IMG/VR virus record: IMGVR_UViG_3300042691_042003
Span: 182,082 to 246,081 of that record
DNA length: 64,000 nt
Reading direction: 5' to 3' (one strand)
The notes beneath the pieces are model-generated. The model was not told the origin of the DNA, ran no database searches, and was given only the letters and a program-made list of their open reading frames with translations. Below are positions 54,703 to 64,000 of the stretch, piece after piece. A program made the position numbers and the translations under genes. Numbering within the stretch: position 1 is the stretch's first letter; each line of letters opens with the position of its first letter.

Positions 54703-55807
54703 TATAATTCAATTTACTCCTATTATTGGAGGTGAAACTACATTGACTAAAACCATGTCCGATTTTCTGTCGGACATGGGTTATTCTGTTAGAGTTATCC
54801 ATCCTTCGAAAAGTGGAAAGTGTATGAAGGATTGGTGCACTTTCGAAAGACAAAATTTTGTAAAGATTTCAGATTTTTCTGAATTTGTAAAAGATACAGA
54901 TATTCTTTTCTTTATTAATTCAATCCATCTTAAGAAACATAAAAAAGTAGAGGATCGTAATGAAGCTTTTGAGCAAGCTATTCCTATTTTTAGTTTCGAT
55001 AGTAAAAAAGTAATTTTCTATGAGCACGGAAGACATAGTAGTGACCTTTATGATTACCCTTCTATCTTTTCTATTTTATCAGAAAGAGGAAATAGAATCG
55101 TAGTTTTCACAAATACAAGAGATGTAATTCCTTATTATGAAAAGTTAGGTTATAACGCCTTTTTGATTAGACAACCTTTAGATCCTAAAAATTATCCTGA
55201 AATAAAGAGAGAAAAATCTGAAAAAGTTAAGCTTTCTTTTAATAGCAGATATACCTCAAATAAGAGACCTCAAAATATCCTTCCTTTCTTCAATAAATAT
55301 TTAGGAAAAGAAGAACCTTTTGAATTACATTTCAGAGGTAATGTTAGAGATAATGTTTCGGTTTGGTATAATCTATTTCATTACTTCGATGATCCAAAAA
55401 TTATTATGAATGGATATTTTGAACATTTCCATGAGATTTATAATAATATTGATTATTGTATTTATGGAGGATATACTACAAAATCCGAAAAAGGAAAGAT
55501 GGAATACTCTATGCTAGAACCTTTCTTTTATGGAATTCCTCTTATTGTAGAAAAAGAAGTAATTCAATATTTTAAATACGAAGAATATGGAATTTCTAAA
55601 GAAGATTTTCTAAAATCAGTTATTGTTTTGACTGAAGAAAATCTTGATAAGATAATTAAAGGAGAATTTGATTCTTCTTCTTTCGTAAAAAATGCAAAAT
55701 CTATTGTCGATGATTTTCTTCCTGAATCTATAAAAAGAAGGCTGGAAATAGGTCTAAATGGATTTGATTTACCTATAAAACCGAAAGAGATTTATACACT
55801 TTTTTAA
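54689..55807 (+). CDS. Putative GT-B glycosyltransferase
   Basis: GGETT N-terminal loop; FNSRYTSNKRP; E.G..EYSMLEPFFYGIPLIV. Confidence 0.65.
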   Translation: MKTIDIIQFTPIIGGETTLTKTMSDFLSDMGYSVRVIHPSKSGKCMKDWCTFERQNFVKISDFSEFVKDTDILFFINSIHLKKHKKVEDRNEAFEQAIPIFSFDSKKVIFYEHGRHSSDLYDYPSIFSILSERGNRIVVFTNTRDVIPYYEKLGYNAFLIRQPLDPKNYPEIKREKSEKVKLSFNSRYTSNKRPQNILPFFNKYLGKEEPFELHFRGNVRDNVSVWYNLFHYFDDPKIIMNGYFEHFHEIYNNIDYCIYGGYTTKSEKGKMEYSMLEPFFYGIPLIVEKEVIQYFKYEEYGISKEDFLKSVIVLTEENLDKIIKGEFDSSSFVKNAKSIVDDFLPESIKRRLEIGLNGFDLPIKPKEIYTLF

Positions 55808-55829
55808 GATAAATAAAAGAAAATCAGAA

Positions 55830-56732
55830 ATGTTTTTTAAGAAATTCGAAGAATTTGTTAATGAAAATGAAGAAAGCTATTCAATATTTTCATTTAATGA
55901 AGATGGTATTGTTGAAGCAAGTATGCCATTTCCCGTAGATGATAAAAAGGCAGATCATAAAATAGCTATCTACACATCAACCTACAACATCGGAGAGAAC
56001 ACTAGAGGAAGAGGTAATTATATTACTTATGAAAAGATGCTAGGTGACCTGATTGATTCCCTGAATGCTCAGAAGTATAAAAATTGGAAACTCTTTATTG
56101 TAGGGGATTGTTTTCAACCTGAGGAAGATCTTACAAAAATCCTTTCTGATAAGCTAGATAAGAAACAATATACATTTCATAATCTTTCTGAACCCGGTGA
56201 AAGAGGAAAAATCGATCCTCAATATCTAAGAAATTCAGGGGGAACAAAAGCGAGAAATAAAGCTATCTCACTTGCTAAATCTGAAGGATTCGAATATTTT
56301 GCAGCTATCGATCATGATGATGTTTGGAAGCCTGATCATCTTGAAAGTATGATGCAAGCTTTTCAGCAAGATCCAGATATTTCATTCGGATATCATAGAG
56401 CTTCTAGAGCTAGAGTAAAAGGAGGTAAATCAGGAGTTTATTATTGGGGTGCTGAAGGGAAAACACCTACACTTTTTTATGATGATGTTCCTGATAAAAT
56501 TATTGAAGCTCCTCATTCAGGTATCGTATGGCATGGTCCTTCATGTAAATGGCCTCAATATCGTACAGTTCCTCAAATGAGATCTGAAGCTCCTAAGAGA
56601 AATCGAATTATGGGAGCCGATGAGGATTTCATCAGACAAGCTACTGTTGGTTTAAGAGAAAATAAGAAGAAAGCCGTTTATGTTCCGAAATTAATAGTTA
56701 GACTTCGAAATGCCAAGGGTAAACTTCCTTAA
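55830..56732 (+). CDS. GT-A (GT2-like) glycosyltransferase with capsid-targeting-like N-terminus
   Basis: MFFKKFEEFVNE; YTSTYN, SLNAQKYKNWKLFIVGD, GGTKARNKAI, IDHDDVW (DxD), ADEDF. Confidence 0.8.
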   Translation: MFFKKFEEFVNENEESYSIFSFNEDGIVEASMPFPVDDKKADHKIAIYTSTYNIGENTRGRGNYITYEKMLGDLIDSLNAQKYKNWKLFIVGDCFQPEEDLTKILSDKLDKKQYTFHNLSEPGERGKIDPQYLRNSGGTKARNKAISLAKSEGFEYFAAIDHDDVWKPDHLESMMQAFQQDPDISFGYHRASRARVKGGKSGVYYWGAEGKTPTLFYDDVPDKIIEAPHSGIVWHGPSCKWPQYRTVPQMRSEAPKRNRIMGADEDFIRQATVGLRENKKKAVYVPKLIVRLRNAKGKLP

Positions 56733-56753
56733 TTTTTAACAAATTTAATCTTC

Positions 56754-56783
56754 AAGGCTGAAATGTGAATTTCAGCCTTTTTT
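56754..56783 (+). terminator. Rho-independent terminator
   Basis: AAGGCTGAAAT-GTGA-ATTTCAGCCTT + T tract. Confidence 0.85.
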
Positions 56784-56810
56784 ATTACATATTATTTAAT
56801 ATTATTAAAT

Positions 56811-57443
56811 ATGAATATTTTCGTACTCCACAAAGATCCGGAAATAGCAGCAATGATGCATTGTGAAAGGCATATTCTTAAAATGCTTATCGAACATACT
56901 CAAATGCTTGCTACAGCCTATTACAGCACAATTGGAATTTCTCGAAAAAAGGAATTTCAAGGAAATGAAGAAAAAATTTCCGAACTTTTTAGAGGATGGC
57001 CTAGAAAAGATGAAAATGGAAATGATTGGCCTTATTCAGTAACTCATGTAAATCATCCTTGCACAATTTGGACTAGAGAATCTCTTTCAAATTTTAATTG
57101 GCTACTTGATTGCACAAAAGCTATGTGTAGAGAATATACTTATCGATACGGTAAAAAACATTCTATTGAATCCATTATAGATTGGATGTATCTGAATCCT
57201 CCTAAACTAAAGGATATTGGTCAAACACCTTTTGCTCAAGCTTTACCAGATTGCTTTAAAGATTCTGATCCAATAAAAGCTTATCGTCTTTATTATGCTT
57301 TCAAAACAACATATATGAAAGTTAATTGGAAATTAGAAGAAAGGATCCCTCAATGGTGGAATCGAGACTTAATTGAAGAATCAATTGATTTATATAGTCG
57401 ATCTAATCCTGATTGGTCTCCTAAAAAACTTGTACTTGCTTAA
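56811..57443 (+). CDS. Pyrimidine dimer DNA glycosylase family (DenV-related) protein
   Basis: MNIFVL..DP..AA..HC..H..KM..E..QML; HVNHPCTIW.RES..NFNWL; YT.RYGK.H; TPFAQALP. Confidence 0.8.
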   Translation: MNIFVLHKDPEIAAMMHCERHILKMLIEHTQMLATAYYSTIGISRKKEFQGNEEKISELFRGWPRKDENGNDWPYSVTHVNHPCTIWTRESLSNFNWLLDCTKAMCREYTYRYGKKHSIESIIDWMYLNPPKLKDIGQTPFAQALPDCFKDSDPIKAYRLYYAFKTTYMKVNWKLEERIPQWWNRDLIEESIDLYSRSNPDWSPKKLVLA

Positions 57444-57459
57444 TACATATAATTTATAT

Positions 57460-57849
57460 ATGGCTATTCTACAACAAGAATTTCAATACGATCAATATCG
57501 AATGCTTATAGCATGTATCATGTTAAATCAAACAAGCAATAAGAATGTTCGACAAGTAATTTATACATTTTTCGATCGATGGCCTACACCTCAATCCGTT
57601 ATCGAAGCCGATCCTTCTGAAATCCGAGAACATATACGTCCTTTAGGTTTCTATAACATCAGAACTAATCGAATTATCAGATTTACTCAAGATTATTTAA
57701 CGAAGAAATTTAATCGAGCTTCTGAATTATATGGCATCGGAAAATATGCCGATGATTCATATGAAATTTTTATTCGAGGAAATCTAAACGTAAATCCAAC
57801 CGATAAAATCCTTCGTAGATATTTAAACGGTGAATTCATAGATCAATAA
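57460..57849 (+). CDS. HhH-GPD DNA glycosylase, MBD4-like
   Basis: MLIACIMLNQT, FF.RWPTP, PLGFYNIR, ELYGIGKYADDSYEIF; start reassigned to 57460. Confidence 0.8.
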   Translation: MAILQQEFQYDQYRMLIACIMLNQTSNKNVRQVIYTFFDRWPTPQSVIEADPSEIREHIRPLGFYNIRTNRIIRFTQDYLTKKFNRASELYGIGKYADDSYEIFIRGNLNVNPTDKILRRYLNGEFIDQ

Positions 57850-57876
57850 GTGATATATATAAAAAAATAGTTTAAA

Positions 57877-58272
57877 ATGCAAAAATTTACTGAATTTTTG
57901 GTTGAACATAAAGCTTCATTAGAAAATAAGAAGAAAGCAGAAGACGCTCATCGTTTTAATGAACTTTATGAAGCAAAGCTAAAAGAATTTGGAGTAGATT
58001 CTCCTGTTGAATTAAATGAAGAACAATCTAAAGAATTTTTCGAGTATCTAAAAGATCTTAAGAATTCTGCTTCAAAAATGCCTGTTAATGAAAAAGATGT
58101 TACTGATGAGAAATCTTTTCGTGAATACGCTTTAGAAGTTTTAAAGAAAGCACATCCCGATGATTTTGATCAGAAAATTGCTGATAAAGTTATTAGTGAT
58201 CTTGCTGCTAAAGTAAAAGATGATGATTGGGGTGCTGCTGTAGGAAGACTAACCTCCGGTTTAGGAAAATAA
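57877..58272 (+). CDS. Probable prohead core/internal protein
   Basis: MQKFTEFLVE and internal FNE, LNE, VNE putative protease sites; acidic/charged. Confidence 0.55.
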   Translation: MQKFTEFLVEHKASLENKKKAEDAHRFNELYEAKLKEFGVDSPVELNEEQSKEFFEYLKDLKNSASKMPVNEKDVTDEKSFREYALEVLKKAHPDDFDQKIADKVISDLAAKVKDDDWGAAVGRLTSGLGK

Positions 58273-58282
58273 AAAAACGAAA

Positions 58283-58660
58283 ATGAAAAATTTAAAAACT
58301 TTTAGTGAATTCGTTAACGAATCAGCTCTTAACGAAAAAATGATTTCTGGCTCTATAGTAAAACAATTTGGAGACGTTTTAGGAAGTAGAGACTTAGCAA
58401 ATGTAGATCTTGAAATTGCTAAATTCTTAGGAGTTGGATCTAAAATGGCAGATGTAGCTCAATTTGACGAATATAGCGGAGAAGATTCTCCAAAAGCCGA
58501 TAAAATATATAATTATTTAGGATCTAATTTTAAGGCTACCGATAGCAAAACGGTTGATGATTATGAATTGTCATATGATTCTAAATTAAATGTAGTTAGA
58601 GCTACCGATGCAGGTGATGGTTTTGTTTCATATTACGTTGTAGCTACTTCTAATTTTTAA
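58283..58660 (+). CDS. Probable internal head protein
   Basis: MKNLKTFSEFVNESALNE. Confidence 0.6.
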   Translation: MKNLKTFSEFVNESALNEKMISGSIVKQFGDVLGSRDLANVDLEIAKFLGVGSKMADVAQFDEYSGEDSPKADKIYNYLGSNFKATDSKTVDDYELSYDSKLNVVRATDAGDGFVSYYVVATSNF

Positions 58661-58673
58661 AAAAAAATTAAAA

Positions 58674-59186
58674 ATGAAAAATTTAAAAACTTTTAATGAA
58701 TTCGTTAATGAATCTAAATTGAACGAAGCTTTTGCTACATTAGAAGGAGATGATGTACTTTCTTCAACTTATAAAGATTATGAATCATCAGAAGATGAAG
58801 ATTTAGATCTTAAGGTTATGAAAAAAGGTTTCGAATCTATCGCTAAATTATTAGGAGGTAATATGAATAATGTTTCTTCTACAATGGAAGAAGGTGATTA
58901 TGAATTCAGTCGTTCATTGAATGTAGGACTTGATAAAAGATTTAATAATGCAGATCCTAATATTGAAAAGGTAGGACAAGTTAATATTAATTCCCCTTTT
59001 GATTCTTCTAATTCTTCTACTCCAGTTACTTGCTATCTTATAAAAGATGCTAATATTAAAGTAGCTACTTGGAATTATGGAGATGATTTCGCAACATTCG
59101 ATCACGTTGCTTATCTTACTAAAGATGCTAAAGCTCTTCTTAAATGGGTAAATTCTAATTTATCCGATGATGATATGCAATACTAA
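58674..59186 (+). CDS. Probable internal head protein
   Basis: MKNLKTFNEFVNESKLNE. Confidence 0.6.
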   Translation: MKNLKTFNEFVNESKLNEAFATLEGDDVLSSTYKDYESSEDEDLDLKVMKKGFESIAKLLGGNMNNVSSTMEEGDYEFSRSLNVGLDKRFNNADPNIEKVGQVNINSPFDSSNSSTPVTCYLIKDANIKVATWNYGDDFATFDHVAYLTKDAKALLKWVNSNLSDDDMQY

Positions 59187-59207
59187 AATTTTATTTTTTA
59201 ATAATAC

Positions 59208-59234
59208 AAAGGAGAACAATTGTTCTCCTTTTTT
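59208..59234 (+). terminator. Palindromic terminator
   Basis: AAAGGAGAACAATTGTTCTCCTTT perfect 24-bp palindrome + T tract. Confidence 0.75.
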
Positions 59235-59246
59235 CATATAAATAAA

Positions 59247-59714
59247 ATGAATAAAGAAAGAACTAATTTCAAAATAGATCGATTCGTTGAAATCCTTCAA
59301 ACCATCTCTAATCTCTCTAATGCTTCAACTAAAAAAGTTGCATGCATGGCTTTACATAAAAATTTTACCAAAATTGCTTCATTTGGCTACAACGGTTCTT
59401 ATATGAATGCACCTGTTAATGATTTAACAGGAACTGAAGAAGAATCTCTCGAACCAGGAGAATCTGGTTTTATTCATGCTGAAGTTAATATGATTGCTAA
59501 ATTTAGAGAATTCGATCCTGAAAATTATATTATTCTTCTTACCCTTTCACCTTGTAAAATGTGTACAAAAATTCTTGTTAATTCAGGTTTTCGATTCGTC
59601 TATTGGATTGAAGATTATAGAGAACAAGATCATCTTCATATTTTCGATGAATGTAATGTTTCTTACGGAAATGTAAAAAAATTAAAAGAAGATTATAAAC
59701 TTTTTTCGAATTAG
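59247..59714 (+). CDS. dCMP deaminase-like protein
   Basis: GYNG, HAEVN, TLSPCKMC. Confidence 0.88.
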   Translation: MNKERTNFKIDRFVEILQTISNLSNASTKKVACMALHKNFTKIASFGYNGSYMNAPVNDLTGTEEESLEPGESGFIHAEVNMIAKFREFDPENYIILLTLSPCKMCTKILVNSGFRFVYWIEDYREQDHLHIFDECNVSYGNVKKLKEDYKLFSN

Positions 59715-59798
59715 GTCATATATATAATATAGCAATAAGGTCTTAGGAATTATTGCTAATTTGGTGGATCTAAGTATCATCAAAAAAATCGTAAAATT

Positions 59799-60275
59799 AT
59801 GGCAAATTTAAGAATCACTAGGCCTTTCTTCCCAGGCACAATGAGGGAAGAATTCGTAACACCATTCAGTCAGCTGTTCGACGATATTTTCGAACGCACT
59901 TTTCCTGAATTCAAATCTGAAACAGGAATTCAATTCACAAAAGGTTCTTTTCCTAAAGTTGATGTAATCGATCATACAGATTCGATTGAAATCATTGCTG
60001 AAATTCCAGGATGGAAGAAAGAAGATCTCACAATTAAATGTGAGAATGGAATTCTTACTCTATCAGGCAAAGCACAAGAAAAAGGAGAAGATAAATCTCA
60101 AAATTATATTATTAAAGAGCTAAAACGTTCTTCGTTTCAACGTTCATTTCAACTAACCGATAAGTTGAACGAAGAAAATATTCAAGCTAATTTCGATGAA
60201 GGACTTCTTCGAATTTCAGTGGGTAAAAAAGAAGTTAATTTACCTCCTCCTTCTCGAGTTATTGAAATAAAATAA
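59799..60275 (+). CDS. Hsp20/alpha-crystallin small heat shock protein
   Basis: PKVDVID...AEIPGWKKEDL...L.LSG...SSFQRSF.L...ANFDEGLLRI. Confidence 0.93.
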   Translation: MANLRITRPFFPGTMREEFVTPFSQLFDDIFERTFPEFKSETGIQFTKGSFPKVDVIDHTDSIEIIAEIPGWKKEDLTIKCENGILTLSGKAQEKGEDKSQNYIIKELKRSSFQRSFQLTDKLNEENIQANFDEGLLRISVGKKEVNLPPPSRVIEIK

Positions 60276-60299
60276 ACCAAAATTTACGATCCACCACAT

Positions 60300-60330
60300 A
60301 AGCCAGGCCAAAAGCCTGGCTTATTTTTTT
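60300..60330 (+). terminator. Rho-independent terminator
   Basis: AAGCCAGGC-CAAAA-GCCTGGCTT + T tract. Confidence 0.85.
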
Positions 60331-60358
60331 GTAGATATATAAAATAAATCTATTCCTT

Positions 60359-60907
60359 GTGGACGGTCTTCTAATCAAAATAAATGACGATTTTATTAAA
60401 ACTCTTAATTCAAGAGGATTAGATATAGGATATATTAGAGTAAAATTCTTAATTAGAGATACGGTTACAGAAAGTAGCAGAAAAGGTTATCGATTTAAAA
60501 CTTTTAACGATTTATCTTCTTTTAATTCTTTTTTTGGTCCTATTCTTACAGTTAGAAATTATTTATGTTCTGCAGGGGATTTCCCTATTATAGAAAATAT
60601 AGAGTTAATAAACAGAAATCTTTCCTTCGAAAATTCATATAAATGGTATAATATTTCCGAAAATCGTAGTTTTGTTAAAAAAATAAAATACGATAGTTTT
60701 AGAAATGATATTTATATTTCTGAATCATTAAAATATGAATCTTTGATGAATTCTCTTCTAGATCAATATCTTAAAAATATCAGTAATTCTATAGACATTA
60801 GATTAAATTCTTATATGGATCCTTGTTATGTAGATGCTGGATATGTTTCACCTTATTCTGGAGAAGGAGATTATGTAAAATATAGGAATATTCGTACAAA
60901 TCAATAA
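60359..60907 (+). CDS. Hypothetical, probably structural
   Basis: ORF track; ends with Y.D.GYV.P motif. Confidence 0.5.
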   Translation: MDGLLIKINDDFIKTLNSRGLDIGYIRVKFLIRDTVTESSRKGYRFKTFNDLSSFNSFFGPILTVRNYLCSAGDFPIIENIELINRNLSFENSYKWYNISENRSFVKKIKYDSFRNDIYISESLKYESLMNSLLDQYLKNISNSIDIRLNSYMDPCYVDAGYVSPYSGEGDYVKYRNIRTNQ

Positions 60908-60913
60908 TATAAA

Positions 60914-62467
60914 GTGGGAAATTTTTCGAATAAATTAGATTTTAGAAATTTAAGAAAAAGGCCTCTCAGTTGGACTGAGATGGATAATATGTTTCAAAAA
61001 CCGAATGTTTGGCGTTCGGATGTTACATATGAACAAGGAATGGTTGTTTTATGGGATGATTCGGTTGCTCCGGTAGGAGATACAATAAATGGAGCTCTAT
61101 CTTTTTGGATTTGTCAACAAGATCACGTTTCATCTTTATCAAATATCCCTAGTGTTCCTAATCAATCTTATTGGAATCGAGTAGGAACTTCTACTTTAGT
61201 TAATAAAGGAGATACCGGACCAATGGGTCCTCAAGGTCCTACTGGAGCTACTGGTAGGACAGGACCTACTGGAATATCCATTACCGGACCTACTGGAGTT
61301 ACAGGGGGAACTGGTATGACTGGACCAACAGGAATTGCAGGACCACAAGGCCCTGCTGGTATAAAAGGAGATCAAGGTCTAAGAGGAGCTACAGGTGCTA
61401 CAATTGCAGGACCTACAGGATCTACTGGTGTTACAGGTGCTACTGGGGTTACTGGACCGATGGGGGTTACAGGGCCTTCAGGAGGACCTCTAGGACCTAC
61501 TGGTCCTACTGGAGTAACAGGTATTACTGGTGTTACAGGACCTACCTCACCCGGTCCTACTGGTGAGACAGGTCCTACTGGAGTAACTGGTCCTACCGGG
61601 ATACAAGGTGCTACTGGAGTAACAGGATTAAGAGGACCTACTGGTGGTATATCTTCTACTCCTGTTCAATTATTAGATATTTTTTCCGATATAGCCACTT
61701 CAGTTCCTCAAGCAGGAAACAGATATATGTGGTATAATTTATTATCTACAGGAGTAACTTCTTCCATATTTACTATAGATAATTCTCAAGGAGCAACCTT
61801 TGGAACTAGAATAACTTTCTTAAGAGAAGGAAAATATTATCTTTCTGCTAGAACTGCATTTTCAATAAATACTGGGGTCTTTACTACTATAAGGGGATAT
61901 TTTGGTTATGCAAATAGTACTGGGAATGAATTTGATTTCAAAGGTAATCCTTCTTATGGATTAGAAAATTATCTTTATTTAAGTCCTGGATCAAGAGATT
62001 CTTTTGAAGTATCTGGAGTTCTAGATGTAAATAGTTCATGGGTAACCGGACCTTCAGGACCTTATAAACTTTACGTTAAAATGGAGAATCAATCTCCTGG
62101 AGGAGCAAGTGCTGCTATAATCCCTTATGCTACCAGATTATCTATTATAAGTATGGATGGTGGTGTAGGTCCTGCAGGATCTAATAATTTTACAACATAT
62201 TTTTCTACAGGAACTACATATTCAGTACCTTCATTTAATTTTTCAAAATATATAGGAGTTTCAGGAACAACTTCGATATATTTACATAGTGGAGTTGATG
62301 GTGAAGCTTTAATTGTTAAAGATGAAAAGGGAATCGCATCCTCTTCGAATATTTTTTTGTATCCGGTTTTGGGAGAAGGAATTGAAGCTGGATCTAGCGC
62401 TGTAATAAATACCGATTATGGATCTCTTAATTTAGTAAGAAGAGGTTCTACTTGGTGGAAAATTTAA
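60914..62467 (+). CDS. Collagen-like (GPT/GVT) fibre protein
   Basis: Long G-X-T tract; C-terminal LIVKDEKG.A...I......IE....[10 protein letters not shown]. Confidence 0.8.
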   Translation: MGNFSNKLDFRNLRKRPLSWTEMDNMFQKPNVWRSDVTYEQGMVVLWDDSVAPVGDTINGALSFWICQQDHVSSLSNIPSVPNQSYWNRVGTSTLVNKGDTGPMGPQGPTGATGRTGPTGISITGPTGVTGGTGMTGPTGIAGPQGPAGIKGDQGLRGATGATIAGPTGSTGVTGATGVTGPMGVTGPSGGPLGPTGPTGVTGITGVTGPTSPGPTGETGPTGVTGPTGIQGATGVTGLRGPTGGISSTPVQLLDIFSDIATSVPQAGNRYMWYNLLSTGVTSSIFTIDNSQGATFGTRITFLREGKYYLSARTAFSINTGVFTTIRGYFGYANSTGNEFDFKGNPSYGLENYLYLSPGSRDSFEVSGVLDVNSSWVTGPSGPYKLYVKMENQSPGGASAAIIPYATRLSIISMDGGVGPAGSNNFTTYFSTGTTYSVPSFNFSKYIGVSGTTSIYLHSGVDGEALIVKDEKGIASSSNIFLYPVLGEGIEAGSSAVINTDYGSLNLVRRGSTWWKI

Positions 62468-62499
62468 AAGATAAATAAAAATAAAAGAAGAAGAAAATT

Positions 62500-64000
<1,501 letters not shown>

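Noticed and set aside
59730-59758. CIRCE element upstream of hsp20
   Set aside because: TAGCAATA/TATTGCTA inverted repeat has the wrong arms and spacing relative to TTAGCACTC-N9-GAGTGCTAA

Overview
AT-rich 64 kb segment of a large lytic dsDNA (jumbo-type) phage, most likely infecting a Bacteroidota host. The host inference rests on T9SS C-terminal sorting domains, a Bacteroidota-type tmRNA tag, TAnnTTTG-like promoters and a BT4734-like protein. Genes are densely packed and essentially all on the + strand, in standard code 11. Content: collagen-like (G-X-T) fibre proteins; peptidoglycan enzymes (two M15 peptidases, an SLT); replication and repair genes (NAD ligase, DEDDh exonuclease, UvsE, DenV-like, HhH-GPD glycosylase, divergent photolyase); nucleotide metabolism (PurB, Gmk, DHFR-like, dCMP deaminase); four tRNAs, a tmRNA and two free-standing homing endonucleases. 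The unusual elements are: (1) an array of tRNA-shaped repeats with constant acceptor/D/T arms but variable, non-canonical anticodon regions, alternating with small ORFs; (2) a tRNA minihelix directly upstream of an anticodon-domain-less class II aaRS core; (3) a candidate DNA hypermodification cluster (dCMP-type thymidylate-synthase homolog, dNMP kinase, two RfbE-like epimerases, three glycosyltransferases); (4) a T4-like capsid-targeting N-terminal peptide on about 9 unrelated proteins; (5) a ~90 bp repeated promoter module whose left edge supplies stop codons to upstream genes. All family assignments come from motif recognition by eye; no searches were run.
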